Positions 20,060-31,399 of a stretch of 64,000 bases of DNA are shown here, piece after piece. The notes beneath the pieces were generated by a model. That model had not been told where the DNA came from. It saw only the letters and a list, made by a program, of their open reading frames with translations, and did no database searches. Position 1 is the stretch's first letter; each line of letters begins with the position of its first letter. Both the position numbers and the translations under genes were made by a program. Origin of the DNA: Histomonas meleagridis 2922-C6/04-290x (Eukaryota; Protista; Parabasalia); NCBI GenBank assembly GCA_020184695.1, contig JAANOX010000080.1:1-64000 (forward strand), read 5' to 3'.

Positions 20060-22315
20060 ATGGAAGACGAAAGGTTTAAGTCTCTTTCCAGAATGTTGAG
20101 ATATGAACTTAAATCTACAATGAAAATTGAAGACGTCATTCCAAAGCTTCCATCATATATTATAGGAATTGAAAAAACAGGCGATATATACTTGGACTTT
20201 TCTTATTATTGTGCAATTGTTATTATTGATAATACTCCAAAAGTACAAGAAGGAATGATTACCGCTATAGGTGTTATTAGGCGTCTATTAGAAATAGTAA
20301 TTTCTTGGGGAATATATCCACATTTACCAAAATCGTTACATATTCCTTTTTTAGATGATCCACATTGGTTAATGACTCCAGCTCCACCACGGATGCTTCG
20401 ACCTAAACCCGAAATGCTTCAAGCTCTTGAAATTTTCATTACTTCCCCCGGTGTCCAACTTATTCATCCTTTATTTCTTCATCATTGTATCTGTATTTTT
20501 TATTACCTTGAACCCGCACGCCTTAATTTAATTATTCAAGATCAGCCAACCGAAAATGTCATTTCTTGTTTAATTGCACTTTTCCAAACAGGCTTAGAAT
20601 TTGGTCCTTTATTAATATCTGTTATCCAAGAACGTACTGATTCATTTGAAGCCATTGAGCGCACTAAATTTCCGATAAAACTTTGTGCTCGTGCAATTTC
20701 AGTACCACCAAAAAATGTTTCGAATGATGAATACTTTGATAAATTATTTCCACGATTAATCACAGCAATAAATTCTGGCAAAGGCTCCGATTTATCCAAA
20801 GAAATCATTAGCGAAATCATCAATCATAACATTAATGAATTCTTCAAACATTTCGATATGCATTTGTTGTTAGAATGGCCTACATATAAATCAATTTCGC
20901 CGATTATCTTTCAACTTGATAATATTATTTATGATGATGATATTCCCAAAGTATTAATTACTCCGATTCCACAACGATTATTATTTATAGCATCGAATGA
21001 AAATGTCAATGAAACAATTCGCGAGAAAATAATTTCGTTATTAAAGAAATATTTTAAAGATGAAAAGTCATCAATCGAATTAATTAAAAGTATTATCGAA
21101 GTAGAAACACTTTCTCCATTAGGTATTGATCATATTAATTTATTAACAAATGAAAATGGAATATTTGTTGTCGAGAATGATAATGATGACGATTTCGATG
21201 CACTCGAAAATATGCGAAATTTAATTGTCGATAAAATTATTGTGAACGAGAATCAAATTAAGGATTTCATTGATTGGTTCCCACCTACAATGAGTTCGAT
21301 TGATTTTGTTTCCAAAATTTTAATGAAATATAAGGAAATTGATAACGATTTAGCTTCTTCATTACTTTTGTTCTTGAGTAAATTTGAGGGGAAAAATGAG
21401 TTTTTAAGTGCGTGTGAAATAGCAAAAATTATAATTTCGTTGTGTCCAAATCTGAAAGAAATTAATGAAAATATATATAATGCGTTTAAAAATGAAATAC
21501 CTGAAATTGAATTGTTTAAAATTATTGAGAAAAATTCAAAAAAAATTGATAATGAAAATGAACTTAATTTAGATAAAATTGAACTTTTACATGAATTAAA
21601 TTCGCCGATAGAACCGTTACGTGCACACGCGTTGTATACGTTACGCAAAAGTGTGATGACAAAAGGGAATCCGTTAAGAGAAAATGAAAATATTATAAAA
21701 TCATTTTTACCGACAATTAAAAAGCAATTACAAAACAAAGATAGCTTTATATATATGAGCGCAATTAAATGTTTGGAATCTTTGGCTGATGTATTTCCAC
21801 ATTTAATTATCGAAGATTTAACAGAACAATTTCCCCAAAAAGATGAAATTTTATCAATCAAAATATCACAAGTTTTAATGTTATGTGTTAGACGTACTGG
21901 TCCTGGTTTAATATATTCTGCTAATGGGAATTTGTGCGGATATTTTATTAAGGCTTTTTTGAGGGGTGTAAATCATAAGTCTGAAATTGTTGTGGCGTCT
22001 TCTTTGTCGAATTTGGCTTCTTTTGTGGAGGCGCTTGAGTTCGGTTGTGCAAATTGGTTCACAGATATTGTGAATATTTTGAATCTCCAATGGCAAATTC
22101 ATAAGCCATTGGAGATTAGAAGGGCCGCTTCGTTTTTGGCTTATAAAATTGTACTAACTTTTGGGAATAGCTTTGAAGAATTCGCAAGAAAAGATTTGGA
22201 AGTATTGATCGAATGTGTGGAAAGAATGAGAACGGGTGAGCTGGATCAGGTGGCATACCAAAATGCCGAAGATTGCTATCAAACGTTATGGGAAATTTGC
22301 CCAATGTTGATGTGA
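20060..22315 (+). CDS. TANGO6/Rtp1-like HEAT-repeat protein
   Basis: LNSPIEPLRAHAL, DSFIYMSAIKCL and SSLSNLA match Rtp1 C-terminal motifs. Confidence 0.65.
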   Translation: MEDERFKSLSRMLRYELKSTMKIEDVIPKLPSYIIGIEKTGDIYLDFSYYCAIVIIDNTPKVQEGMITAIGVIRRLLEIVISWGIYPHLPKSLHIPFLDDPHWLMTPAPPRMLRPKPEMLQALEIFITSPGVQLIHPLFLHHCICIFYYLEPARLNLIIQDQPTENVISCLIALFQTGLEFGPLLISVIQERTDSFEAIERTKFPIKLCARAISVPPKNVSNDEYFDKLFPRLITAINSGKGSDLSKEIISEIINHNINEFFKHFDMHLLLEWPTYKSISPIIFQLDNIIYDDDIPKVLITPIPQRLLFIASNENVNETIREKIISLLKKYFKDEKSSIELIKSIIEVETLSPLGIDHINLLTNENGIFVVENDNDDDFDALENMRNLIVDKIIVNENQIKDFIDWFPPTMSSIDFVSKILMKYKEIDNDLASSLLLFLSKFEGKNEFLSACEIAKIIISLCPNLKEINENIYNAFKNEIPEIELFKIIEKNSKKIDNENELNLDKIELLHELNSPIEPLRAHALYTLRKSVMTKGNPLRENENIIKSFLPTIKKQLQNKDSFIYMSAIKCLESLADVFPHLIIEDLTEQFPQKDEILSIKISQVLMLCVRRTGPGLIYSANGNLCGYFIKAFLRGVNHKSEIVVASSLSNLASFVEALEFGCANWFTDIVNILNLQWQIHKPLEIRRAASFLAYKIVLTFGNSFEEFARKDLEVLIECVERMRTGELDQVAYQNAEDCYQTLWEICPMLM

Positions 22316-22681
22316 TATGTTAATTATAGAAATAAATTTATAAAATTTGTTTTTGTTTTTTACATTACAAAAATTATTTCACTATTGTTGCCTCCAGATT
22401 TTAATGAAATATGTCGTATAATTAAAAAAATAAATAATAAAATTATAAATGTAAATGTTAACTAGAATGTTTTAAATTGCTTTGTTAAGCATTTGCAATA
22501 TAGTAAATTAAACAATAAAATTATAAAATTTGTGTATAAATAATATTATAAATATTGTAAATAAATTTTTTAAGAAAAAAAAAAAATATAAAATTTGTTT
22601 AATTTTTATATCTCTTTCGAAATTTTAGGCGTATTGTTTAAATTAAAAATAAAAATATAATTTTATTAACAGACGATTCTC

Positions 22682-23392
22682 TTATTCAAGGAACCTTATT
22701 CCTTTTTGGTTTAAGCATTCTTTCATATAATTTTTGATTTCTGCTATTGATTCATCAGATAAAAGCCTCTGATTAAGAGTTATGTTCCCACTTTTTACGA
22801 GGAGGCCTGGCTGTACCCTCTTTATGATGGATATTATTTCATTTTTCTCATCTTCTGTTTGAATTGCTTCAAATGCAAGTTGGAAAGATTGAACCTCATG
22901 GCCAGTTAACTGAAGCTGGTGATAATTTGGTGTTTCGCCCTTAGAGTAATTTGGCATTTGATTTGCTACACGATTTGGCGCATCATGAACTAAATCTGCA
23001 AGTTTAGATCTAAGATTTGTTAATCTATTTGTCCAAAGTGAGACTGAGCATTTCATTGCAAACCGACGCTCTCTATTGAATATTCTGCGCATCTCTTGAG
23101 CAACACATCCAGCAATTGAATTTGGTGAATAATATTGTTCGACGTTATAAAAAACGATTTCAACATCAGACTCCCATTCATATAGGCTTTTGTACTGGTG
23201 GCTTTTTAATTTATCATAAACAATATTTAACCCTATTTGGTCAGTGATAGTGATTCCAGAATCAGGTTCAGGAATTACTGGCTCTAAAAAAAAATTTGCA
23301 ATAGGATGTTCCATAATCCTATTCATTGCGGAAATTGCTTCCGATAAAAGCTCCTTTGTTAGCATGTGCTTGCAACTTGAGTTGCAGAGCAA
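22682..23392 (-). CDS. Bromodomain-containing protein
   Basis: HPIANFFLEPV, IGLNIVYDKL, WESDVEIVFYNVEQYY; start uncertain. Confidence 0.8.
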   Translation of the reverse strand: MLCNSSCKHMLTKELLSEAISAMNRIMEHPIANFFLEPVIPEPDSGITITDQIGLNIVYDKLKSHQYKSLYEWESDVEIVFYNVEQYYSPNSIAGCVAQEMRRIFNRERRFAMKCSVSLWTNRLTNLRSKLADLVHDAPNRVANQMPNYSKGETPNYHQLQLTGHEVQSFQLAFEAIQTEDEKNEIISIIKRVQPGLLVKSGNITLNQRLLSDESIAEIKNYMKECLNQKGIRFLE

Positions 23393-23727
23393 ACGGTTTT
23401 ATTTGTTTACTGATTCAATATTTTTCAATTTGTTCCAGAATTTTGAAAAAAATTTGTTTTTGATTGAGCAGATCACTTAACTTTTTCGATGAACTATTTG
23501 TAATCATCCCTTTCTACGAGATATGAATGTAAATTATCTTTTGCAAAAAAAACACATGATGGGATTATCAATGGATTTCATTCTCAAATTTAAAAATGTT
23601 GCCACTTTTATTGTACAAATTTTTTAAATATATTTATATTTGAATCTAGAAATGTTGTTTTTGTTCTTAAACATTGGAAAATGAATATCAGTTTTGAATG
23701 AAATTGGGTATATTACATTTTTTAGCG

Positions 23728-23791
23728 ATGTTTAATGTTATCGAAATCTTTCTTCTCACATGTTTAATGTTATCGAAATCTTTCTTCTCAC
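23728..23791. repeat. 32-bp tandem duplication that creates a premature TGA in the ankyrin pseudogene
   Basis: atgtttaatgttatcgaaatctttcttctcac x2; one copy would read ...TLNIAKKCNIPNFIQN*. Confidence 0.85.
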
Positions 23792-25153
23792 ATCGTGACC
23801 AAGTAATTTGATGGTTTTTTCATGATAGTTACTTTTTGCTCGTGAAAGTGCTGTTTCAAATATTTTTAATAATTTCCAAATGTTATTTTGAAATTCTAAA
23901 TTAATAAAATAAATAAATATCTTTAGCATTAAAATCAATTCCTTCTTGCTCAAGAAGTAATTTAACTATTTCTGTATGACCATTTAAAGATGCATACATT
24001 AGTGCTGTCCAAAATAATTTAAATAATTTCCAAATATTATTTTGAAATATGAAATTATTAAAATAAATATTAAATAAAACAAATAAATATCTTTAGCATT
24101 AATATTAATTCCTTCTTGTTCAAGAAGTAATTTAACTATTTCTGTACGACCATTTGAAGATGCTAATATAAGTGCTGTATCAAATATTTATAAAATATTT
24201 TAAATAAGTGAAATAAATTGTAAATTATTTAATTAAATATAAATCATAAATTATTGAAATAAAATTCAAAATATTAAAATAATCATCAAATATAAAAAAT
24301 AAATTGTAAAATACATAAATAAATACCTAATAACTAAAACAAATATTAAATTTTTAATATTGATCCAAAATTATTAAAGTAAATATCAAATTATTAAAGC
24401 TAATATAAAACTTTTATAACAAATATAAAGCTATTAAAATAAATATTAAATTATTAAAACAAATCTGAAATTATTAAAACAATTCTCAATATATTAAAAT
24501 AAACATGGATTGCATTCACGTCAACCCCATTTTCTAATAGTAATTTCACTATTTCTACAGAATTATTCTGAATAGCCATATGAAGTGCTGTTCCAAAATG
24601 ATAAAAAATATTTCAGATATATAAAATAAATATCATATCAATAAAATAAATATCAGGTTATTAAAATAAATACCAAATGATTAAAATAAATGCAAAATTA
24701 TTAAAATAAACATAAAATTATTAAAATGAACATCAAATTATTAAAATAAACGTAAAATTTTTAAAATGAACATAAAATTATTAAAATAAATTTTTTTATT
24801 AAAGTCAATTCCTTTTTCTAAAAGGAATTTTACGATTTCTGTATTGTTGCTTTTAGCAGCCAAAAAAATAGTTTTGCCAAATAGTTAAAAGGTATGTGAA
24901 ATTAAAATAAATATTAAATTATTATATTAAATATATTTTGTATCAAACTTAAATTCTTTTCGATTTAATAAAAATTTCATAAGATATAAATTTTCAAATT
25001 TTATTGTATCATTAAAAATATTAACATCAATTTTCATTCCTTCTTTTAGTAAATAAGAAAAAATTTCATAATTACTGTATTCAATACATTCCTTACCAAG
25101 TTTATCCATATTTTCTACTTTAAAGATTTTGTTTTCATAAAGATATTTAAATA

Positions 25154-26451
25154 TAAAGTGTCCAACCCCAAGTGTAGCATCTCATTATACAAATAAAATT
25201 TAAATGAACTAAAATAATGATTCGAATGTTTACTTGATATACTCTCCTTTGGTATGTATTACTTGTTCCAATCTCCTTTCCCATTCTTCAAAAACTAGTT
25301 TTAACATATCGGTTGGTATTTGTTGTAAAATATCAGTTATACATTTTTTTACCTCCTTTCTTGATTCGTATGATTGATCTTCCATTTTATTTTTGATATA
25401 GCCAAATAGGAAGAAGTCTGATGGTGCTATATCTGGTGAATAAGGAGGATGATGTGCTCTTTTAAGACCTTTAATATTCATTATATTAGTTGTGTGCTTC
25501 GATATGTGAGGACGTGCATTATCGGCATGGACGGTTAATCTTCTTCCTTCATTATCTAAATATCCCCCATTTAATTTTGAAAGTTCCTTAATAATATTAT
25601 TTGCATAATACTTCGAATTAAATGTTTCGCCTTTTGGAAGAAAGTTAATAACCTTTATTTTGCTTGGATTTCAAAAAGTTGTCAGCATAATTTTTTTATG
25701 AGTTATAAAACCTTATTTGGACGTGTTTGAAACTGACTTCCGATCGGTATCCATTGTTGAGAAGGATAATATGAATATTCAAACCAAGATTCGTCTCCTG
25801 TAACGAAATATATATAATTGTTATGTTTGGCTGAATTCAGTATCTTAATAAGTGCCTTTGAGATTGTTACCCTTTGAATTTTTTGTTTTTCTGAGAGACT
25901 GTGGGGAACTTACTTTAAATGCATGCTTACATAAAAAAGCATATTTGTCAAATGATAATATACCGTACTTTTTGGAATCCCCGTAGTGTTAGCTATATAA
26001 CGAACAGATGCAAATGGCTCTTCATCAAGTACATACAAAATTTTTTCATTAATGATTTTTGTGTTCATCGAAATTTGCATTTGGAGTTTCCTTGTTAACG
26101 GTTTTTGATGTTTTGCAATTTCTAATATATTTTGTAATTGTTGAATATGAAATACATTGATCTTGAAGAGTCAATTTCATTTCTGTATACATTGATTCTT
26201 TATTTTTCCCTTGTAAGAAAATCGCAATTGATTTCTGATCGAGTTCCATTTCGAATCTTTTGATAATTTTAAACGTATATTTTTTCCAATTTTCTATCAA
26301 AAAAGTTCAGATATCTCATTATATCTAATTTTTTATGAAACTTCATATTTATAAAAAATAAAATGTTATATTCATATATTATTTATATATATTTATTAAT
26401 AATTAAATATGCTCACATATGGAGATGCTACACTTAGGGTTGGACACCCTA
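25154..26451 (-). mobile_element. Mariner DNA transposon (1298 bp, 30-bp TIRs, TA target duplication)
   Basis: Left TIR taaagtgtccaaccccaagtgtagcatctc and right TIR (reverse complement) tagggtgtccaaccctaagtgtagcatctc, 3 mismatches; TA at 25152-53 and 26452-53. Confidence 0.93.
25230..26249 (-). pseudogene. Mariner transposase (DD34D), frameshifted
   Basis: TGDESW, HADNARPH, PPYSPDIAPSDF with 34 residues between D2 and D3; reading frame split. Confidence 0.9.
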
Positions 26452-27940
26452 TATATCATTTCTATGAAAATCAATTGCTGTTTCATATGCATCTTTAAAT
26501 GATGAATGATTTTGTTCGCATAAATGAATAATTTCTTCATTTCCAGTTTCTTTTGTTTGAATTGATTTTAAATATTTTATGTATATATCGCTTAAATTAT
26601 TTGGTATACAATACGCGAAGTAAATTAAACAACTTATGATTATATTAAATGAATGTGGAAAGTTTGAATCAAATAATTCAATTGTTTGATGAATTGATAC
26701 CAATGATAATTTTTTCAAGAATATTACAAATTTTATATGAATCTTCAGAACATCCTATATCTGTGTTATTAGAGCTCATTGTTTCCTTGGTATTAAAATC
26801 ATTGTTTTGTGTTTCTTCAATCATCAATAATGAAGCTTGCAAGCAAAGAATGATTCATCGTAAAATTTATCATTCAATTTTTAATGGAGTAATGTGTCAT
26901 TATTTGATTTCTAATTAACAAAAAATGATCGGTAAGTGCCCAAACAAACACAGATATCTTGGACAAAAATCGGGGTCCAATAATAAAACATTGTTCTTTT
27001 GACTTTAATAAGTACATTAATATTATATATAAAATTAAAGCAAATTTGAGAAAATATTTAAAATATCTCGAAATAAATTTGATACTCATCTTGGAAAACA
27101 TCATATACATAACTACAACACAATGGCTAACCTAATGGCCTCGCTTAGTATTGGTATATAAATATAGCAATATTTAATTTCTTTGATTTTTTCCCATTAT
27201 TACATTCACTTATGAAACATGATGTAAGGCATTTCATTTAGTCGCTCAACTGCTCGAAAAATTTCAAGAAATAGATCTCAAAATTATTATCATATTATTC
27301 TTCGTTTAATTAATGATTTATCATTAATGATAAAATCGTTTTGTGAATTTTATCATATTCATAAATTCTATATAATGAATTATATTATTTAATTAATTCA
27401 ACTTTAGCAAAATAATAATAAATCATTAAGTGGTTTCTAAGCTGTATATTTAGTATTATATTGGAATTTCAAAAAGAGCATTATGTCCAAGAAATCCTAA
27501 AGAATACTTCATGTTGATTAAACAAATAATGTCCATACCATTGAGGCTATAAATAAAGAAGATTAAATCAATGATACAATGCGATGAATTTCTTAAGAAA
27601 ACTTCATATGATGCGTTAAAAGTCATTGGAATCAGCATCTTCAACAGGAATGTAAGTAAAAAGTAATAATACGTACGTCATTTAAGAATTTTTACAAAAT
27701 TAATTTATATAACTAAAAAGTATGTGACTTGTATGAGCATTTTTTTTACCCAATTGATAATATCAATCCTACAAATTATAGGAGATGTCTTAATAAAAAT
27801 TACAAGTATCTTTTTTTGGTTTTTTGCTCTTCTTTTTTATGTTTACTTGTTTCTTTTTCGTATCAATTTCCTTATTTCCATTGCGTAATTTGATGAAATT
27901 TACAAAAAAATTGTTGAATTATTTTAAAATTTCACTTTGT

Positions 27941-29113
27941 TTACTTCTTCTTTGATCCCGAGCCAGCACCATGCAAAAATAGAATGATATCACCATCCTT
28001 AACAACGTAATTCTTACCTTCTGTTCTCATTTTTCCATGGGCTTTGACATTTGCTTCACTTCCAGCTTCAACTAAGTCGGTGTAGTTGTACACCTGCGCG
28101 CGAATGAACTTGTCCATGAAATCAGTATGAATTACACCTCCTGCAACAGGTGCTGTAGCTCCATCACGGACAGTCCAGCCACGAACTTCATCAGGGCCGC
28201 ACGTGAAGAACCGAATGAGTCCAAGTTCGTTATAACCAGTTTGGATGATTCGATCCATTGCCGACTTGGTACCTTTCTGCTTGCAATACTCTGCAGCTGC
28301 GTCAGGCTCCATGTCCATAAGTTCGCGTTCAAAGGTCGCAGAAAATGGAATGATTTTTTCGCCGGAATAGTCTTTGATCCATTGGGCAATCTTTGGAAGC
28401 CAACGGTTCTTACGTGTAATGTAAGACTTCTCATCAAGGTTGAGAAGGTAAATTGTTGGCTTTGATGTAAGGATGTTAAGTGATTCGATATATTCGATTT
28501 CAACTTGATTCCATTCACCGGCACGAACTGGTCGTGGATCGTTCTTAAGGAAATCAAGGACTTTGGTACAGAGTTCAAATTCGTCTTTGTATTTGCGTGG
28601 TTCACATTTCATCTTTTTCTCAAGATCTTCATGGGTACGTGTCATCCATTCAATGTCTTTAAGCTTGAGTTCATCAGAAATGATTTGAAGATCACGAACT
28701 GGATCAACCTTGCCTTCAACATGAACAATGTCATCATCTTCAAATACACGAACTACATGATAAATACCATTGACTGCTCGTACATTAGAAAGAAATTCAT
28801 TTCCAAGACCTTCGCCCTTTGATGCGCCACGAACAAGACCAGCAATATCATAAACATTTAATGTTGCAGGAATTTCTGACTTTGGATGAAAATGTTTACA
28901 TAGCCACGTGAAACGTTCATCTGGAACTTCGACTCTTGCGAGCTTTGGTTCAATAGTGCAGAATGGATAGTTTGCAGTTCCTGCTAAATCTCGCTTTGAA
29001 AGAAGATTAAAAAGAAGTGACTTGCCGACGTTTGGCATACCAACAATACCCATTTGGAGTGTTTTGGTGAATTTGAGCATGGCTTTACGCGTTGGTTGCT
29101 TGTTTTGTGCCAT
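27941..29113 (-). CDS. OLA1: Obg-like ATPase 1 (YchF)
   Basis: GIVGMPNVGKS, NYPFCTIEP, DIAGLVRGAS, FFTCGPDEVR, TGS domain. Confidence 0.96.
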   Translation of the reverse strand: MAQNKQPTRKAMLKFTKTLQMGIVGMPNVGKSLLFNLLSKRDLAGTANYPFCTIEPKLARVEVPDERFTWLCKHFHPKSEIPATLNVYDIAGLVRGASKGEGLGNEFLSNVRAVNGIYHVVRVFEDDDIVHVEGKVDPVRDLQIISDELKLKDIEWMTRTHEDLEKKMKCEPRKYKDEFELCTKVLDFLKNDPRPVRAGEWNQVEIEYIESLNILTSKPTIYLLNLDEKSYITRKNRWLPKIAQWIKDYSGEKIIPFSATFERELMDMEPDAAAEYCKQKGTKSAMDRIIQTGYNELGLIRFFTCGPDEVRGWTVRDGATAPVAGGVIHTDFMDKFIRAQVYNYTDLVEAGSEANVKAHGKMRTEGKNYVVKDGDIILFLHGAGSGSKKK

Positions 29114-29402
29114 TTCACAAAGTGGCCCAGGGCACTTTTTGAGGGTGCCCTGTTTCTAAGCCTTAAGTATTCAATAAATTGAATGAAAAACGATCAATAT
29201 CTCGCCATCTGCAAAACGCATTTTCGCAACACAAAAACTATTTAGTTTGCATTCTTAATATGATTATGTATAGATATATAAAATAACTTACTATCTATTT
29301 ATAAATTTTTCATTGTGTTTATAATTTTACTGAGAAAATTAACTAATATTTAAATAATAATTTTGTTTTACTCTTCTGTTTGTTGTTACATATATATAAA
29401 TA

Positions 29403-30740
29403 TTATTCCTTGAAATTAGAGATATGTTCAAATCTTAAATTACTTATTTCTTCTGCAAATTTATCATTTGAAGAAAAAACTTCTACTGGAAAATCAGGTG
29501 GATCAAAAACATACTGATTTGCTGCTCTTTCTGCTGCTTGAATGAATAATTTTGAATCGTTAATTTCTGCAATAACCAAATTTTGTGTATTAATTGGTCG
29601 AATTTTTAAATTTCGAATTGAATTATATCTATCTTTTAATTGAGTTGAATCTGGACATGATTGTATACCTGCATGATAAACCTTTAAAGCATTTTGTGGC
29701 TCATTAAGCATTTCATAAATAATTCCTAAATTAATCCATGCTTCTTGTAAATCTGCTTTAAAGCATAAAGCTCTTTGAAATGCAACAACTGCATCATCTT
29801 TTTGATCATTTTTTAAATAAAGTATTCCTAAAACACACCAAAACATTGGAGAATCACTCCAATATAATATACATTTGCAATATTTTTGATATGCAATAAC
29901 CATATCATTTTTTTTCATTGCAATTTTTGCATAAACTAATAATAAAATTGGATCATTAGGATAAGTATCTTGAATTATTTGTATGGCAAAATCATAATAT
30001 TTGTTATCATTGCTGAGTGACAAAAACCATGAAAATTGTTGTATAAGAATTAAATTCATTGGATACTTTGCATAAAGTTCTTTATAAAGTGAAAATGCTT
30101 TTTCATTTTGTCCTGATAATTGGTATGTATAAGCAATTTGAAATCTAATATCATCTTTTGATAAACTAAGAGGAAGATCATTTAATAAGTTTTCAAAACA
30201 TGTGATTGATTGTTCAAAATCATTACATCTTCTTAATGATATTGCATATCTTAAGTAAAGATCTTTTGAATGAATTTCTGCTTTAAGTGCTCTTTCTAAA
30301 AATTCTTTTGAAATCACAAATTTAAAATGAAGATAAACGCATCCGATTCCATACAAAAAATATGGATCATCTTCATGTTTGTTAAGCTTTAAAGCATGTA
30401 CATAAGAAGAATAAGCATTTGGCATGTCATTTAATGTTAAATAACAATGTCCTAATATAATCCAATTTTTATTATTTTCTGGTTCTTTTTGAATATATTT
30501 TATTGTTGTTTGTATCATTTGTATAATTGCTTCTATTGCTGATTTAATATCTCTATCTTCATTTAACTTGTTATGCAAAGGATTATATGAAATTAGACGC
30601 CGAAGAGGAATTCCATGATCATTAATATTAATTTCTTTAGTTAATTCCATTAAGGATACCCATAGATTTTCAACTTCTTTGTTTACCTCATTTAAGGAAT
30701 TTATAATAGACAAATTAATTGCATTTGGTGATGATACCAT
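29403..30740 (-). CDS. TPR-repeat protein, Cyc8/Ssn6-like
   Basis: Several TPRs (WIILGHCYL, YGIGCVY, FQIAYTY, WCVLGILY, AWINLGIIYE). Confidence 0.8.
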   Translation of the reverse strand: MVSSPNAINLSIINSLNEVNKEVENLWVSLMELTKEININDHGIPLRRLISYNPLHNKLNEDRDIKSAIEAIIQMIQTTIKYIQKEPENNKNWIILGHCYLTLNDMPNAYSSYVHALKLNKHEDDPYFLYGIGCVYLHFKFVISKEFLERALKAEIHSKDLYLRYAISLRRCNDFEQSITCFENLLNDLPLSLSKDDIRFQIAYTYQLSGQNEKAFSLYKELYAKYPMNLILIQQFSWFLSLSNDNKYYDFAIQIIQDTYPNDPILLLVYAKIAMKKNDMVIAYQKYCKCILYWSDSPMFWCVLGILYLKNDQKDDAVVAFQRALCFKADLQEAWINLGIIYEMLNEPQNALKVYHAGIQSCPDSTQLKDRYNSIRNLKIRPINTQNLVIAEINDSKLFIQAAERAANQYVFDPPDFPVEVFSSNDKFAEEISNLRFEHISNFKE

Positions 30741-31399
30741 TGTATTTTTTGCGATATAGAGCGATCGGAAATTAATTCAATGAAAGATAACTTAATCAAT
30801 CATTTATCTATCGTATTTTTTATAACTTTTATTATTGAGAGATTGTACCCCTTTAAAGGAATGTTAACATTTCATTCATTTTAAGTATAAGACAATATAA
30901 ATTTTTATATTTGAAATAAATATCAGAAACATATACAATACTATAATATTTAGTATAAAAAATTATATTCATAAAATATATCGAATGAAATATAGTAGAG
31001 TTCAAAAGTTTCATTTCTGATTATAAAACTTTAAGTAAAATAGAAATTTTCAACAAAAAACATTTAACCTCCTCTTTGATAGTAAGAATTTTTGTTTAGG
31101 AATTATTTTAATATTATATTTACAAAGAAATAATTTTTAAAATGAAATAAAACAATAATTATAGTATTTTTAATTAAAATGATATATATCATATGTGCTC
31201 TATATGAATGCAAAAAAAAGAATGAATTATTTCATTTGTTTTATCAAAACCAAAAATACAATGTTTATCAGAAATGAAACTTGAGATTTCATTTTTCGTC
31301 AATTGACTGTTAACAGTTAATTTTAAAATATATCAGAAACAAAATTTTTCTTATTCGGTATAAAACAATATATACTAAGATTTATTTATTAAATACAAT

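Larger units (their letters stand above)
23688..26779 (-). pseudogene. DUF3447-type ankyrin gene (paralogue of 6159-9271), broken by a mariner, an internal deletion, an N-terminal frameshift and a 32-bp duplication; loops carry 17-nt spacers
   Basis: Homologous N-terminus, GNEEIIHLCEQNH, RNDI|FKYLYEN split by the transposon, then ankyrin cores with punctuated loops. Confidence 0.8.

Noticed and set aside
26874-27650. Possible decayed transposase fragments
   Set aside because: Too many stops and no clear catalytic motif.
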